A stretch of DNA of 63,069 bases from Bilabrum cf. latius (taxonomy: Eukaryota), in the NCBI GenBank assembly GCA_965178125.1, contig OZ237752.1, forward strand, positions 1,054,001 through 1,117,069, read 5' to 3'. A program made the position numbers and the translations under genes. Shown here piece by piece: positions 13,301 to 27,000 of this stretch. The notes beneath the pieces are model-generated. The model saw only the letters and a list, made by a program, of their open reading frames with translations, made no database searches and was not told where the DNA came from. Within the stretch, counting starts at the first letter, position 1; every line of letters begins with the position of its first letter.

Positions 13301-16300
13301 AGCTGCCCGCACGTCGACCACGAAGTCCAAATCCACCTCCATCGCTGCTTCGACCGAGCCAGAGTTCGAGTCCTCTTACGGTGGTAGCGCTGCTTGGTTG
13401 GCCGGCTGCAGAAACGTCTTGAAGGAGCCATTGAGCCAACATTGCACTGCCCCCGATCCTCCCGACTACTTCAATCTGGCTGGGGTTGCCTTCCACGCGG
13501 CCCTCGGCGCCGCCAGTCGCCGCATGGATGTGCATGAAAAGATGGCCCGCGTGGCAGACGCAGAGCGCAGGCTCGAGGTAGCACTGGCAATGCGGTCTGC
13601 AGCGGGAAAGCAGCTAGGCCGCGTGTTGAAGAGAGACGCCAAGAGACAGGCTCGAAGGGTGGACCAGTTACAGGGCGGTTCAGCCGCAGGAGCCTTGCGA
13701 GAGTCTGCCGAAGATGAGACCAGTTCGATTTCATTGCCTGGAAACGAAACCAAGGAAGCAGCGAGCGATGGCAGCAGCTTAGGGGGCAAGCGGGCGAGCA
13801 AGCGCAGGCGTGTATCAACCGCGGCGAAACGCCGCCCAAGTGGCTTGCAGCGGGCAGAATTGGCCGTGGAAGAGGCAGTGGCGATGAGTCGCCCGCCCAG
13901 CGAGGTGCAGCTGCGAGAAGCAATGGTGGACCTGTAGGGGTCAGCAGAGATCAGGCGGCTGGCCGATGTGACTGCAGAGTGGGCCTGCGAGCTGCTGGAT
14001 CGACCTGCACGCTCGATGCCCGCTGTTTGGGTGAATCTCCACGCCCTGCTGTGCGCCGCCCCGGGCTTGCTTCCAGTCTCGGCCCCGACCGGTGCGCCGG
14101 TTACGCCGTCCTCCCCATGCTGCCGCGAGGGCATGGATCCATTCAAGGGGCACGACGAGGACACGGAGGACAGGCAGCTGGCCATGATGGCTGCCGCCAG
14201 CGGGACTGCCTCGCTGGCATTTCGGCCTGCGCTGCGTTCTTCCTTGGCTGCCCTCGCCCATGGTCGCGCTGCAGATCTTGAGGCGCGCGAGGACACCGAC
14301 TTTGAAGATGAAGATGACGACACTGAAGGGGCGCAATCATAGACGGCACGTGGCAACCAAGCGCCCTTGCCGGCGAGTTCTAGGCGGCTACTATCCTACA
14401 CGACTCTCTGCGGGGACTACTCGATGGCAGTGCTAGCGGGGGAACGCCCTCTCTTTGGCCTGCAGCAGACGCCCAACACATGCAGGCGCCTGGTGGCGTG
14501 CAGTCGCTGCAAGGACTGGTTCGTGGCAGCATCTCTTGGCCTATCGGCAGCGGCCACTGCGGCTCTAGGTAGCGACTGGCTGTGTCCGTGCTGCGTGGCA
14601 TACGCACAGCGAGGAGCCCTACGTCGCTCTGCTCACCTGTGGCGATTGGGTCTGCTGTGGCAGGGTCACCTGCAGAATGAGAAGGCTTAGTAGGTCCAGT
14701 TGGGATGGGTGCAGCGCAGCCATTTGCAGATTTGGCGGCAAGTAGGCAGCAGCTAGACTGGTGACGCATCTGCTTCCAACAGTACCAGTGCATCGCAACA
14801 TAGCAGCGGGGGGTCTACTGCGCCTGAATCCCCGGCAGCCCCCCGTCCAACAGCTAGCTCTGGTGCAAGTGCCACAAGAGTTGGCACGTTTGGCGCTGTT
14901 GCGGCCGCCCGCGACTTGCACCGACCAGCATCGCCTGCTGGTGTAAGTTCATCGGAGCATTCAGCCGAAACGGGCGACAGCGAATTATCAAGGAATGCAT
15001 TAGAAGACTGCTTGTAGCGCATTGCAGCGCAGGATTTGCACCCTATGGGTGCGGCGCCATGGTTGCCCCCGTTCTGCGGCGCAGATGATCTGCTGTCTGC
15101 CAGCTGCAGGGCGGTGCAGTGGCGGTCCAAGCGGGCGGCATGCGCGCGATCAGACCTACTGTTTTACGCGGCGAAGCACTTGCATCCTTCAACAGTCACC
15201 CGGGTGGTGGCTAGTATGCTTTCGGACCAAGAGCCCTGGCTCCTGCGCCTCGGAGAAGTCCATGCCCGCGAGCAAGGCAGCAGGGGGGCACGGAGACCTG
15301 GCGGCATTGCCGCTGCCGCAGGGTATTCGAGCGGGAACGGTGACGCCCCGTCCCTCTTTTACGTGGATTGCCGGGAGCTGCAATACGATGACATGATGCG
15401 GCAGCTGTTCGGGCCTCCGTCGGCGTGGGGCGATGGGGACCTGGCTGCCGTTGCGGCTGCGGCGACGGCTCTCGCGGGACACCAGGCGCTGGGCCCTCCC
15501 ATTCCCATTGCGCCATATGCTGGCGATAAACTGCGCCGGTCTCTGCTAGAGAGGCGGAGGGTGCGGCACCGGCGGGCTCCGTGGCCAGCGGTCTTGTCGG
15601 ACGGGCCACAATGGGGGAATATCGCAGGCATGCGGCCGGCGGCTGCACGCTACGACGACAGCATGGAATCCAGCCCCGTGTATGCAGTGCATCGCCCTGC
15701 GGTGGCGGTGTCACGCGCAATGCGGGAGTGGATGCGCACCTATGATGGCCGCCGGGAGTTGGCGCGGTGCATCGTGCTAGAGGTCGCTGCCGAGCAGCAA
15801 GCAGTCGTGGAGGCACGGCAGCAGCGTGGAGAACATTCCGCGCAAAACGACAGTCAGCTTGGGCAAAAACGCGTCCGGTTTGATTCAGACGCAACGCCAA
15901 ACGAAGGTGCGGAAGGGCAGGGGCGCCATGCACGGGCGGACGAGCCCAACCCCGGCATCTCAAGCCCTCCCCGTACCCGCTCTGCGCCAGACAGGCGGCA
16001 AGCGGCGGCAGCTGCCAGGGCGGCTGCTCGCGAGAGTGACGTGGGCGCGAGGCGCAGCGTGTAGGCATCTCTGCGGGCGGTGAGGTGCGGCACGAGTCTG
16101 GCAACGAGGGTGCTGCTTCGGTTGCTGCCCCGGTGTATCGAGCGGATGGCTTGGACAGCACCAGACGGCAAGGCGTCATGGCTGGCTGTCGGGGAAGCCA
16201 ACGTGGAGGGAGAGAAATCGGGCGGCAAGTCGGGTCAACCGGGTGCACTCGGGACATCTGGGGGTGGTGAGCCGGGGCGAGGGGTGGTCTACTCGGACCC

Positions 16301-18079
16301 ACAGCGGGTGGCTCGTCGGCAGCTGCGGCTAACCGTGGAGCAAGGCGCGCTTCGCATGGGGAGTCGCACCGCGAGCAGGCGACGGGACGGTGTGGACGGG
16401 GGCGGTGCAGAGGCTGCTTCGGCCCTTGTGGCGCAGGGGGGAGCGGGCCGAGGTGTAGGGGCGGCCGACGCAGAGTATGACGGAGACACGAGCAGGTTGC
16501 AAGCGGCGGTGGAGGACAGCGACTCTGACGACTGGGAGTGGCTTGGGGCAGCTGCACGAGGCAGCTCCTCGCTGCTGTGCACGTGGATGCGGCGCACTCC
16601 CCCGGAGGCAGTCGCTCTGAAGGATCCACCGGTTCCCACTAGGTGGCTGCAGGCTCGTGCAGACGCAACAAGTGAGCCGACCATACCACGCACTAAGGAG
16701 CCATCATCGAGCGTTGCAAGCAGTAGGTAGGTACATAGCCTGCATCGAGCAGGCTGCCAGCTGCCCGCTCTTCATCAGCACTTCTGCATTGAATCAGACA
16801 TGCTGGAGGACGTGCTCGAGTTGGAGAAGCCCGGCGTGGCGCCTTGGTGGGACGATGAGAACAAAGAGGCAGCGGCGCTGTGGAGGGCCAAGGTGAGAGG
16901 CATCGCTGGTCGGGTGGAACAGCAAGATGCTGTAGAATGCAACGACGATTCATCGGTAGGTGATGTGAGCGACGAGAGCATGGAGCAGGGCCTTCAGAGC
17001 AACGCAGCAGCGTCCAGCACCGTGATGAGTTCATCGGCTGCAAGGGTGCGATCTGTCTCAACCCGGTGCTTTCGTGGCCTGGAGGAGCCGTCTCGCGGGG
17101 CAGGCCCCGGTACTGATGCCCCATCCATTGGCACAGTGGCACAGCCCGGCCCCGGCCTTGTGTCCCTGGCTCTGCCTGCCAGCTGGCGGCGGTCTAGTGC
17201 CGACTAGTGGCTGACGGACGAGCCGCGGGCTGCACCGGTGGGCATCGGTGGGAGCCTGGCCGCGACTACGAGTGCGAGCAAGCGGGCAGGACTAGCTGGC
17301 TGGGACAACCCCGCCGAAGCGGCTGCAGTGGCTGAGCAGTGCGCACCGCTGCCGGTGCCTACCTTTACAGTTCGATTGGCGCCCTTTCACCTTGACCGAC
17401 ACTTTGTCCACCAGGTGTTGAAAGACTGGAATTGGCCCACCGAAGAGTGCACGCAAAGTGCTGACGCACTGCTCCGCATGCTGCTGCAGAGCCACGACAG
17501 GCAGGTGGCTGCCAGGCTCTTCCTGCCAGACTGCTCAGGTGCAGATAGCGACGCCCTGGCCGTGCATGCCACGTGCGTCTCCCTGGCACTGGCATTGATG
17601 CCCTACGGAAGCGGTACATTCGACCAATTGGCCCCGCTGTGGCCCCCTGCGGTGCTCATGGTACCCGAGGCAGGGGCGCGCCAGGGAGACGATGCGCCCT
17701 TGGATGGTTGCCGCCAGGTATGGACCGTGTCTCCGCTGCCGTCCAAGCACGCCAACGAGAGACTGCGACAGGTTCAGCGGCCCAGGGGAGCGGCAGAGTG
17801 GCCGTTCCGCGGTCTGGTAGTGCTGCTCCCGCCATGGGTCCAGTTTGCGGGAGCGGAGGCGAAGCGCAAGCAGGTGCCCCTAATTGCTCACGTGATCCCG
17901 CTGCTGCCTCTGGTAGAGCACACGGAGCCGCGGCGGAAGGAAAGCGCCGACCTGCTCGGCGAGAAAGGGGGTCCTGACCCTGCACCGATGGACGGGGAGT
18001 CAACGGGTAGCAGCGGCCCCGGTGCTCATCGTCCCGATGGGTTTTCTTCGGCGTGGCAACCCATGGAAGACAGCCAGTC

Positions 18080-18110
<31 letters not shown>

Positions 18111-19955
18111 AAATGCGGCGTCGGTGGCGATATCGAGGACCATCGTGGGGGTGGCACCGGCGACCTAGATGACGCGGACAGCGACCGCGGCTCGGATACT
18201 TCATCGGTGGTGTTGATCTCGTGTGGACCTAATGCGCCAGTCTCCCCGATTATGGGACTTGGAGCCAACACCGAGGCCTAGAGCCCACCTGTTGGATCGG
18301 CGGGCGGCTCGGGGAAATCTTGCCGCCGCAATAGGCCTGCGAATGGCCAGGCTCGGGCCCTGCGTCTGCTGCAAACCAGCGACGGAGACCCCATGCAAGG
18401 GACCATGCTGGCAGCTATCGCGTAGGCGTGCGCTGACGGGGATCAGGGCGGGCGGCACACGCGAAGCTCCCGGAGGTCCTCCCGGCAAAGCACTCGAAGC
18501 AAGTTGGAGGCACAGAGCGGTGCAAGCGGGCGCACAAATGGCATGCACCAAGGTCTGTCTCCAGCTCCCGAGGCACGTGTGCTTGCCAGCAGCAGCAGCA
18601 GTGGTGGTGGCGGTGGCGGAGGACACGTATCGACCGGACAAATCTTCTTGTGGCCAGAGCTAGCACGAGCCGGTCTGACTCTCGAAGAATCGCTGTCGTG
18701 GGCCGGTGAGGGAGCGGTTGAGTGCGTTCTTGGACCGGTGCGTAGCAACAGCACCAACGGACGAGTAGCATCATCTGCCCGGGCAGCCGATGAAGCGGAT
18801 ATTTAGGCCGCTGCGGAGGCAGAGGCAGCCGCAGCCGCAGCGGCGAGTGAATAGCCGGGGCTGGGGCCCCTCGCTAGTCTGGGCACGTCGCACGTGCTGA
18901 CAGCTGGCCAAGTCTTCGGGCCGCTGTCTCCACAGTTCACACAGAGGAGCAGGAATGGGTCAGTCTCGCGTGAGGCCCTTGCAGAGCTGAAACGGAGGAA
19001 CGCCGCACTCGTCACAGGACCAGGGGGGGCGGCTCCGCTGCCGGGATGCAGCAGGATGCCCGTGTGCACCTCTAGCGAATAGCTGAGCGGCTTGCCTCTG
19101 GCCACGCTGCAGAGCGCGCTGTAGCGGGCCGGGGCCAACCGTGTGGCTCAGGTGGGCAGATCCTACCGGACCAATGGGCTGGCAACCGCCCGACTCGTGA
19201 GACTCGCGGTGAGGGGCAGGCGGCACGGGGTTCGGTGCATCCGGCTGGTCCGCAGCGGCATCGAGGGCTTCGGGGCGGCTGCCGCGCACCCCATGCGCGC
19301 TGGAGACCAGGTGGTGGAGTACAGGGGCGAGGTGGTGCGCATGGCTGCAGGGAACAGGAGGGAAGCCTTCTACGAGAAGGTCGCGCGGGTGGGGTCAGAC
19401 TACATGTTCCGCAACTCGAGGTCTACCGTCCTGGACGCGACTGTGGCGGGATCCGCTGCCCGTTTCCTGAACCACTCGTGCACGCCCAACTGCGGGACTA
19501 GGCTGCTGTCGGGGCCTCCTCCTGCGGCCGCAGCGGTCGCACCCGTCCGCCCAGAAGTGCTTGAGGCGGTGGGCGATGCTGCCGTGGAACGGGCTAGGGA
19601 AGAGTGGAGGGCTGGGCGAGCGGGTGCATCGCACGATGGTACGGAGACAGGTACTTTGCAGGCAGGCGGGGAGGACAGCACAGGGCGGTTGGAGGGTTAG
19701 GGGGAAAGTGCGCCTGCTCTGGGCATGGTGCGCGCGTCGGCGGAGGGAGAGGCTTCGTTCCAGGCCCGCAGCTGGGACAGGACACTGCTGCCCACGGGGG
19801 AGGCTGCTACGCGAGTGCGGATCGACGTCGGGTCTTCCATGGTGCACGCCGGGGAGGAGCTTTGCTACGACTACAAGTTCCCGCTGGAGCACTTTGACAC
19901 CAGGCGGATTACTTGCTGGTGTGGCACACCGCTATGCACTGGGCACATGAACTGA
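7371..19955 (+). CDS. Very large (~4,194 aa) SET1/Trithorax-type histone-lysine N-methyltransferase with C-terminal SET and post-SET domains
   Basis: One continuous frame from ATG 7371 to TGA 19953-55, with ~39 TAGs (manual count) and no TAA/TGA. SET motifs: SGIEGFG, VVEYRGEVVR, YMFR, DAT..GSAARFLNHSCTPNC, ELCYDYKF, post-SET CWCGTPLC. PHD-like CSRCKDWF...WLCPCC near 14500-14595. Confidence 0.85.
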
Positions 19956-20088
19956 GGACAGTGGACAGGGCAATTCCTGGAAAGTTTTCCTGGCTGTGTG
20001 ATGAATGCCAACAAGACAGAATGTGTGTGTGCAGCTTTCCAGCGCTGTACCGATGAGCGGGTACGCACTGCAGTCTTATCCATCAGGA

Positions 20089-21335
20089 ATGGCATCTAGT
20101 AGTAATCCTCCACCTGTGAGATGTCGTAAATTATCACGTAGAGGCCTAGTATTGACTCATTGCCGCTCAGCACAGGTTGCCCACACCTTTGCTCTCTTTT
20201 TTGCAGCCCGTGCAAGCGTCATCTATTCCATCCGATGGTGCTGGCGCAGAAGCACCGGACGAGTCTATGGTAAGAATTAAATGTTCCCGGTACGAGTTAG
20301 CCTGTGCATGCTCACATGAGGGCTGGGGTAATCATCCAACATTCGTTCCTGCCGCAGGAAATGAAGCTGTACGGATACGGTCGCGAGGAAAAGAAGAAAT
20401 GGGACGAGAGATCAGATATCTATGGTATTTTGATAGCGCTTGATGGCTTGGAGGAAGCTTTCATCAATGGAGCATTCGACACGGAGGACAAGAAGCGCGA
20501 ATACGCATCTGTGTGCCAGGACCTTATCAACCAGATGCAGATGAGACAAAGGAACTTGGCCGAGTATAGCAACTCATTTGATGAGTTCATGCGCGCTCAC
20601 AACCTCAAGTGTCCTCACGCACAGCACAGGCTAAGCAAAGGTATCCCAGCGACCGTGGAGATGCGCTCGCAACAGCGATCCGCAGAAAGCCAGCATGGCG
20701 CCCTTGCGTTCTAGACGGGGATCGCCATCGTGGAAGCTCTTGACCGGTTAGAGATGGAAATGATAGACAAGGAGGGGCTATTCACTCCCCTGCAGAACAT
20801 CCTCTCGCTGTTGAACCGAATGTCGAACTTGCCGGCCGACTTCGGCCCAGTGGCCACAATGCAGCAGTGGGTCACCACCGTGAACCAAATGAGCATCAGC
20901 GCGCAGCTTACGGAGGACCAGAAGCGGCAGCTCAAACTTGACCTCAGCGAAGCGCAGCGCACGCTACAGGAGTTCCTGTAGCGCAGCGACAGCAGCGGGG
21001 GAGGGGGGGGGGCTAGGAGCGGGCGCCCGATGGCACCGCCAGCTTCGGGCACTGCGGGCGGGCATCGACCGGCCCCCATATCTTCCCATGGAGGCGGCGT
21101 GCTTGCAGGGGCACTCGGTACCTCGCCTAGGCCGGCGCCATCAACCACACCATCGGCACCGTCGACTGGGGCAGGAGCAGGAGCAGGGGCAGGAGCAGGA
21201 GCAGGAGCAGGAGCAGGGGCAGGAGCAGGGGCAGGAGCAGGAGCTGCCTCCGCTGCGCCTGCGTAGACGTTTGGGGCAGGAGGGATGGGCACCAGTGGCA
21301 CCGGCCCATCGCGTCCACTGTTCCATGGGTTTTGA
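20089..21335 (+). CDS. VPS28: ESCRT-I subunit VPS28 with a Gly/Ala-rich C-terminal extension
   Basis: Motifs EMKLY...LEEAFI, CPHAQHRL..GIPATVE, ALDRLEM, RMSNLPADF, MSISAQLTEDQKRQLKLDL. Predicted introns 20116-20206 and 20270-20357 (GT..AG). In-frame TAG at 20712, 20979 and 21264; TGA at 21333. Confidence 0.88.
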
Positions 21336-21407
21336 TGGATGATGTGTACAGAACCGATGACGCATTTCTATCTGCTGCACGCAAACCAGTGACCATTTTG
21401 CTGCTGT

Positions 21408-23459
21408 TCATCGCACCAGTGTTATTGGAGCGGTGCTTGCCCGCGCTGACCTGGCCATGCACGCCACCTGTCCAAAGGAAGACCACAGGCGTGTCCTGTG
21501 CCTCGCCGCGCGCCCCATCACGTTCACTCCCAACATATACTATGACTATGACTCAACGAGCGCCACTCCTCCTGACTCTGTCTGCCCAGCTCCGCACACG
21601 CTTGCTGCTTGCTGCTTTCTCGACCCGTCACCGCCCCCTTGCCCTTGCTCACCGCCCCCTTGCGCGCTAGAGCCACCGCCGCCCCTCTGCTGCGAGTGGC
21701 TGCCTCCTCCAGGCCCGCCCGATGACACCCCAGAACTGCCGAGCGCCTCTGCCCCACTGCCGCCACCCAGCCCAGACCCGCTGCCGCCTCCGCCCTCCTC
21801 GTCATGGTCGTGCCTCCGCAGCTTGCCAGGGTCATCCATGTGCCCCTCCACCGAACTGCCCGCGCGTGCAGCCCGCCTCTCTCGCAGCCCGGCACCTCTC
21901 CTGTCCTACCGATCGCCCGCCCCCGCCGCAGCCTCCCCTCTCGCACCACCCATGTTGGACCCCTGATCAGACACACGCCCCACCGCCGCCGCAGGCACCA
22001 CCAGAGCCCCATCAGCGGGCAGCACGCCCGTGTCTTCTCCTGCGCTCTACCCCGCCCCGCCCTGCCTGCGCCGACTCAGCCCGCCCTAGTTAGGCCCAAG
22101 CCCAGCCGGCACGCCGTCCTGCTCCCCGCCCAGGCTGCGGGCCGCGTCTATCACCGCCCCGTCCAGCTCGTGGGCTGCCATCAGGGCGCTGGGGGCAGAG
22201 GCCCTCCGCCTCGCCTCCCCCATGTCACCGTCCTCTTCCTCCAACTACTGCTACTCCAGCCCCATCGACGCCTCGCCGCTCATTGACAGGCCCAGCCCGT
22301 CTGCACCAGCCGAGTTCGCCCCCGCCAGCAGCTCCTCCCCCTCCCCGCCCTCGCCCGCCCCCTCGCCCTTCTCGCCCTTCCTCCGCTCTGCTTGCAGTGC
22401 TCTGGTCTTCTGCACTGCCCCCCGCACGTCCACCACGAGCACCGTCACGTTGTCCAGGGAGCGGCGGTTCAGCGCGGCAAACACAAGCTTGCGAGCCGCC
22501 TGCACCGGGCAGGACACCCCGCGCATCATGGCAGCTAGCTCCTCCGACTGCACCACGTCCCACAACCCGTCCGTGGCAAGCACAACCCACTGGTCCTCCT
22601 CTTCCAGGTCTACGATAGACACCTCGGGCGTGGGGGGCACAAACCGCTTCAGCAACCGGTCCCCGATGGCCCTACTCACCGCCAGCATGCCCTCCACACG
22701 CCACACGCCCACCTTCATTACGGTGCCGCCCCGCCCCACGATCCTTCTGCGCTCGTCAGGGCGATCGGGCTTGTGATCGTCAGAAAGAGCTCTGGCGCCC
22801 CACCGGCCAACCAGCACCGCGCGGCTGTCTCCTGCATTCGCTACCCACAGTCGGGAGCCACGGACAAGCGCCGCGACTGCCGTGGTCCCGTCGTTCCAGG
22901 GCTGTGTGGCTCCCAACGCGGCATGCAAAAACTGTGACGGATAGCACACGGGTGGGAAACCGGAGGTGGTAAGCGATTGAGTGAACGAGGCCAACCCCGC
23001 GGGGAGGAGAATGGGGCCACGGGACAGTCATCAAGCCCGACAACGCGGAATTCGACTCACATCTTTGTCTGTCTATTCAAATGCATCTACAAGAGCCCGC
23101 CCAGGGTCGCTTGGAAACGCTGTAGAAGCCGTCAGGTTGGCTGCCATGTGCTAACGACAGAACTCTGCTGCGCGTGAGCCGCCGTGGCCATCAAACACGG
23201 CGTATAACGTTGTATCTTTCTCCCCTAACAGTTTACTTGCGGCAACATGGCGGTCCTCCATGTAATTTCTTGCTCCAATCGTTTCCGAAGCCCCATACGG
23301 GAGCCACACATTGGGCTGCAACCCGAGAGGCGGGGGCTCAGCGGATCCACCCTCCGTGGCATACCTCCAAAGCCACACGATGAACGCGAAAGCAACCAAA
23401 GACACGAGAACGTACCTGCACAACTTGAATCCATTCGATTGAGCTTGAGATATTTGCAA
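21408..23459 (-). CDS. PP2C/PPM-family protein phosphatase with N-terminal transmembrane segment and low-complexity tail; 5' end uncertain
   Basis: Motifs GARNYMEDRH, AVFDGHGG, DGTTA, ANAGDSRAVL, DHKPDRPDE, LAVSRAIGD, LATDGLWDV, SLDNVTV. Intron 22932-23060 (GTGAGT..CAG). TAGs at 23151, 23073, 22251, 22245 and others; TGA at 21408. Confidence 0.9.
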
Positions 23460-24089
23460 GAGCGGCCCGGTGCATCCGATGCCGGTGCAAGCATGGCTGT
23501 TGGCTGAAAAACTTCGCTCAGGTACTAGTAGCCGCTACGGAATACTTCTGATCAGTATTTTGTTCGCTAGCGTGCACAAAATAACAAAAAAGTACCCGCA
23601 GTGATCGCTCATACCGGCGTTCCTCTTATCGTTTCACTCACACTCCAGCTGTCATCCAGACGCCGACTGTCGACCCGCTAGCCGCATCTCCTGGCATTAT
23701 GCTGCCAGTAGTGTATATAATAAACTTCCTCAGAATATAAAATATACCGTATCGATACCTGCACCGGTTTTCGAGGAGCTTTGTCACTTCATCCGGCGAA
23801 TCTTGTTTAATGGTTGCCGATGCTGTTTTGCACGCAACAAAACGAAAGACCCGTTTGGCCTTTCAAAAGGCAATAGGTCAGCCGAAGAAAGCATTTGGCC
23901 CTATTTGACCTTAGTCGTCATATCAAAATGCATAAAACCTCCTCAATGTAAGAGAAACGTACCGAATGTGCCCATATATGATGTAGCATTCGAGTATCGC
24001 AAGTTGTAGACTGCAACTCCTTTGCTACCGCGTAAATTTTTGCCATATCCTCAAGCAGGAGACGTTCTAGTAGTCGCAATAATGGGGGC

Positions 24090-27000
24090 TTGTCAAGATC
24101 GCGTGCAGGTGGCCGTTCGACGCGAGGGGGCGGCAGAAGGCCGAAGCGGACAGACGGGCGCCCTGTCCTTCTTGATGAAGACGACAACGACAGGACTCCT
24201 AGGCAGCTGTATTATTTACAGAATGTGCCGCAATCTATGCTTGGTGGCACGCGTTCGCAAAAGAGGAGCTCTGGTTTGGGATCGTCCGTAAGATTTGTAT
24301 TCGAATTCTGCAAGACGCTGCGGCCTCACGTGTATCCCACCCTAATAGTGATCAAGTATATTGCCCCGAAAGCACTGTCCGCAGCGAGCATCTTCTGCCT
24401 TCAGCGAGGACGACGACGATGGGATGTCCGTCGGTGGGCTTGCCGCCAGCGCAGGTGGCCTGTCGATCGTGTCGAGCGGCTCCCGCGACGAGGACAGGGA
24501 CCCGGGCACAGGCTTGGACGGGGACGGAGCGGATGGTGCAGACGATTATGGAGACGCGGGTGCAGACGGCAGCAGCAGCCCTAGGGGCAAGACCGACGCC
24601 GGGACGGGCCCAGCAGCTGGCGTGGGAGGGGCCGAGCACCAGGCAGCGCTGGACGAGGCGCGCCAGGTGGCGAGGGGGGCGGTGCGGCCGTGGGCGCGTG
24701 CAGTGTGGGAGTGGGAGTCCAGGGAACTATTGCGGCCGGAGGAGCTGCAGGAGGACGTGGCTCTGGACCTGAGCGAGTCGCGCACCTGCTTTCTGTTCCA
24801 CATGCCGGCGCTTGCCATCAAGTAGGGCGGGTCTGGCGAGGCCGAGGCCATGCGGAGGAACGAGGACTATGCCGAACTAGTAGCGGCCAGGTCAAGAGCG
24901 CCGGGAACATTCCCGCAGGCGCACACGCAGACCCTGAACCCGGACCACAAGAGCATAGGAGTGCGGGCGAAGCCCCCGCGGCAGAGGGACGGCTCAGCTC
25001 AGGCCAGCGCCTTCGATATCGAGGACGAGCAGAAAGCCGCGGAGGCGGAAGCGGAAGGGGGCGCCGAGGTGGACGCGGTGGTGGCGGCAGCGGCTGCGTC
25101 TGCTGCGGCGGAAGCGAACGGCGGTGAGGAGGGGGGCGCGGAGGGCGGAGGGGGCTCCTCGGGGGCTGGCTCGTCGGCTGTGGTGGTGCCACCGGGAGCC
25201 ACCCCGCTAGAGGCTAGGGTTCACAAGCTGGTGACCGCGGCACTGGCGGCCCCTGGCGCCTCTGTGGCAGAGGAGGAGGCGGTGAAGATCGCGCCCCGGG
25301 GGAAGAAGGGGGATTCTCACGGCGTGTCGCTGGCCGACGTGGTGCGGGTGCAGGACGAAGGGGTAGATGGGGAGGGGGACAAGGCAGGGGGCGGAGAGCA
25401 GAAGGGAGTCGGAGGGAAAGCAGACAAGAGGGGTAGCACCGCCTCCAGTCGAGGTGCGGCAAGCGACCTGGTTGGCGCAAGCACGGCTATCGGGCTGGGG
25501 GCCTCCTCCGGCAGCGTGGCCAACAGCATAGGGGAGTCCTCGGCGGCGGCGATGCAGCACCAGCGGGCAGGTGCAGCTGCCAGCGGGTCGGGCGCAGGTG
25601 CTGGCGGGGCAGAAGGAGCGTCCAAGCAGGAGGGCTCCTAGGGCGTGCCGATGATCCCGGGGGAGCGCGCACTACAGCTGGGCCCGCTCTTGCTGCGGCA
25701 GAGGCAGACAGTCAGCTCGTCCGGATCCTTGCTGCGCGCGGCGCGGGCCGTGGAGAGGGCCCTCCAGCAGCGCGTGTACCACGGGGCGCATCGCCTGTAT
25801 CGGTCAGCGCCGGGAGGCAGGGGTGTCAGCGCGCTGCTGGAGGCCTTCGCGGAGTCGGCGGCGGGGCGGCGCGTGTCAACGGCCGCGCGCATGGAGGGGC
25901 CGTTCGTGGGGGGCAAGCTAGAGCACGCGGCCCGGGAGGAGGACGAGCGGCGAGAGGAATCCCGCAGGAGGAGGCAGGAGGAGGAGCAGGAGGGGGGGCG
26001 CGGCAGGTCAGCCGTCGGATTTGCGCTGGCCGGGGACTCAAAGTCCTCGGGGGCGGGGTCTGCGTCCTCCGTTGGTCGCGCCACGTCCCCCAGTCAGACC
26101 GGGGGCGAGTCCACCACGTTGGACGCGTCTGCAACTGCGGGTTCTGGTGACGCCGAGGGTGGAGAGTCGGGTACGGGGTCCATAACTGGGGCGTCCGGCC
26201 GGGACAAGGAAAAAGAGAGATTGCAGCGGCTGTACACGTACTGGAGCCCCTCCCTGCAGGGGCTTGCGGCGCTGTGCGGCGAGTGGCTGCCAGAGCCCGT
26301 GGAGGCAGTCAGGCTAGTGGAGCAGCTCTGGATGTGGAAGCGGCGGCGCACGGAGAGGGCCAAAGCGGTGCGGCGCCTAGTAGAGGGCCTTGGGGAGGGG
26401 GGCGGGGACGGGGGTGCTTCGGAGTCGAAGGGGGAGGGGGGTGCGGGGGCCGCGTCTGGCGCTGGCGAGGACGAAAGCAAACAGCAGCAAGGGGCTGTGG
26501 AGGAAGGGGCTGGGCAGGAGGGGGGCGCTTAGGCCGCCGTGGACGACGACGATCTAGACCCTCGGCTACTGGCCCAGGGCCGCAAGTTTGCTGGTGCCTT
26601 TGCTAGCGCAGCCACCGGGGCCGAGCTCCTGGCCGTGGGGTACGGCCCCGCGAGGTACTCTCCTGCCGCAGGGGGTGCGCTGGCGCTGTGGAGCATGCGC
26701 AACCCCGAGCAGCCAGAGGTGCTGCTCCGCACCCCCAGCGGGGTGACGGCCCTCGCGGTGGCGCCCTCTGCACCCACCCTGCTAGGCGTGGGGCTGTACG
26801 ATGGTCGCGTGGCCGTGGTGGACGTGGCCCGTCTGCTGGCCAGGGAAGGGCCGCTGACCCTCGACGTGCTGAGCGACTCGCTGCAGGAGGGGGCGCACAC
26901 GGAGGCGGTGCGGGACCTGGCGTGGGCGGAGGGCGAGGACGAGGGCGAGAGGGACAGGCTGGTGTCTGCCTCCTCAGACGGTCGTGTGAACGTGTGGAGG

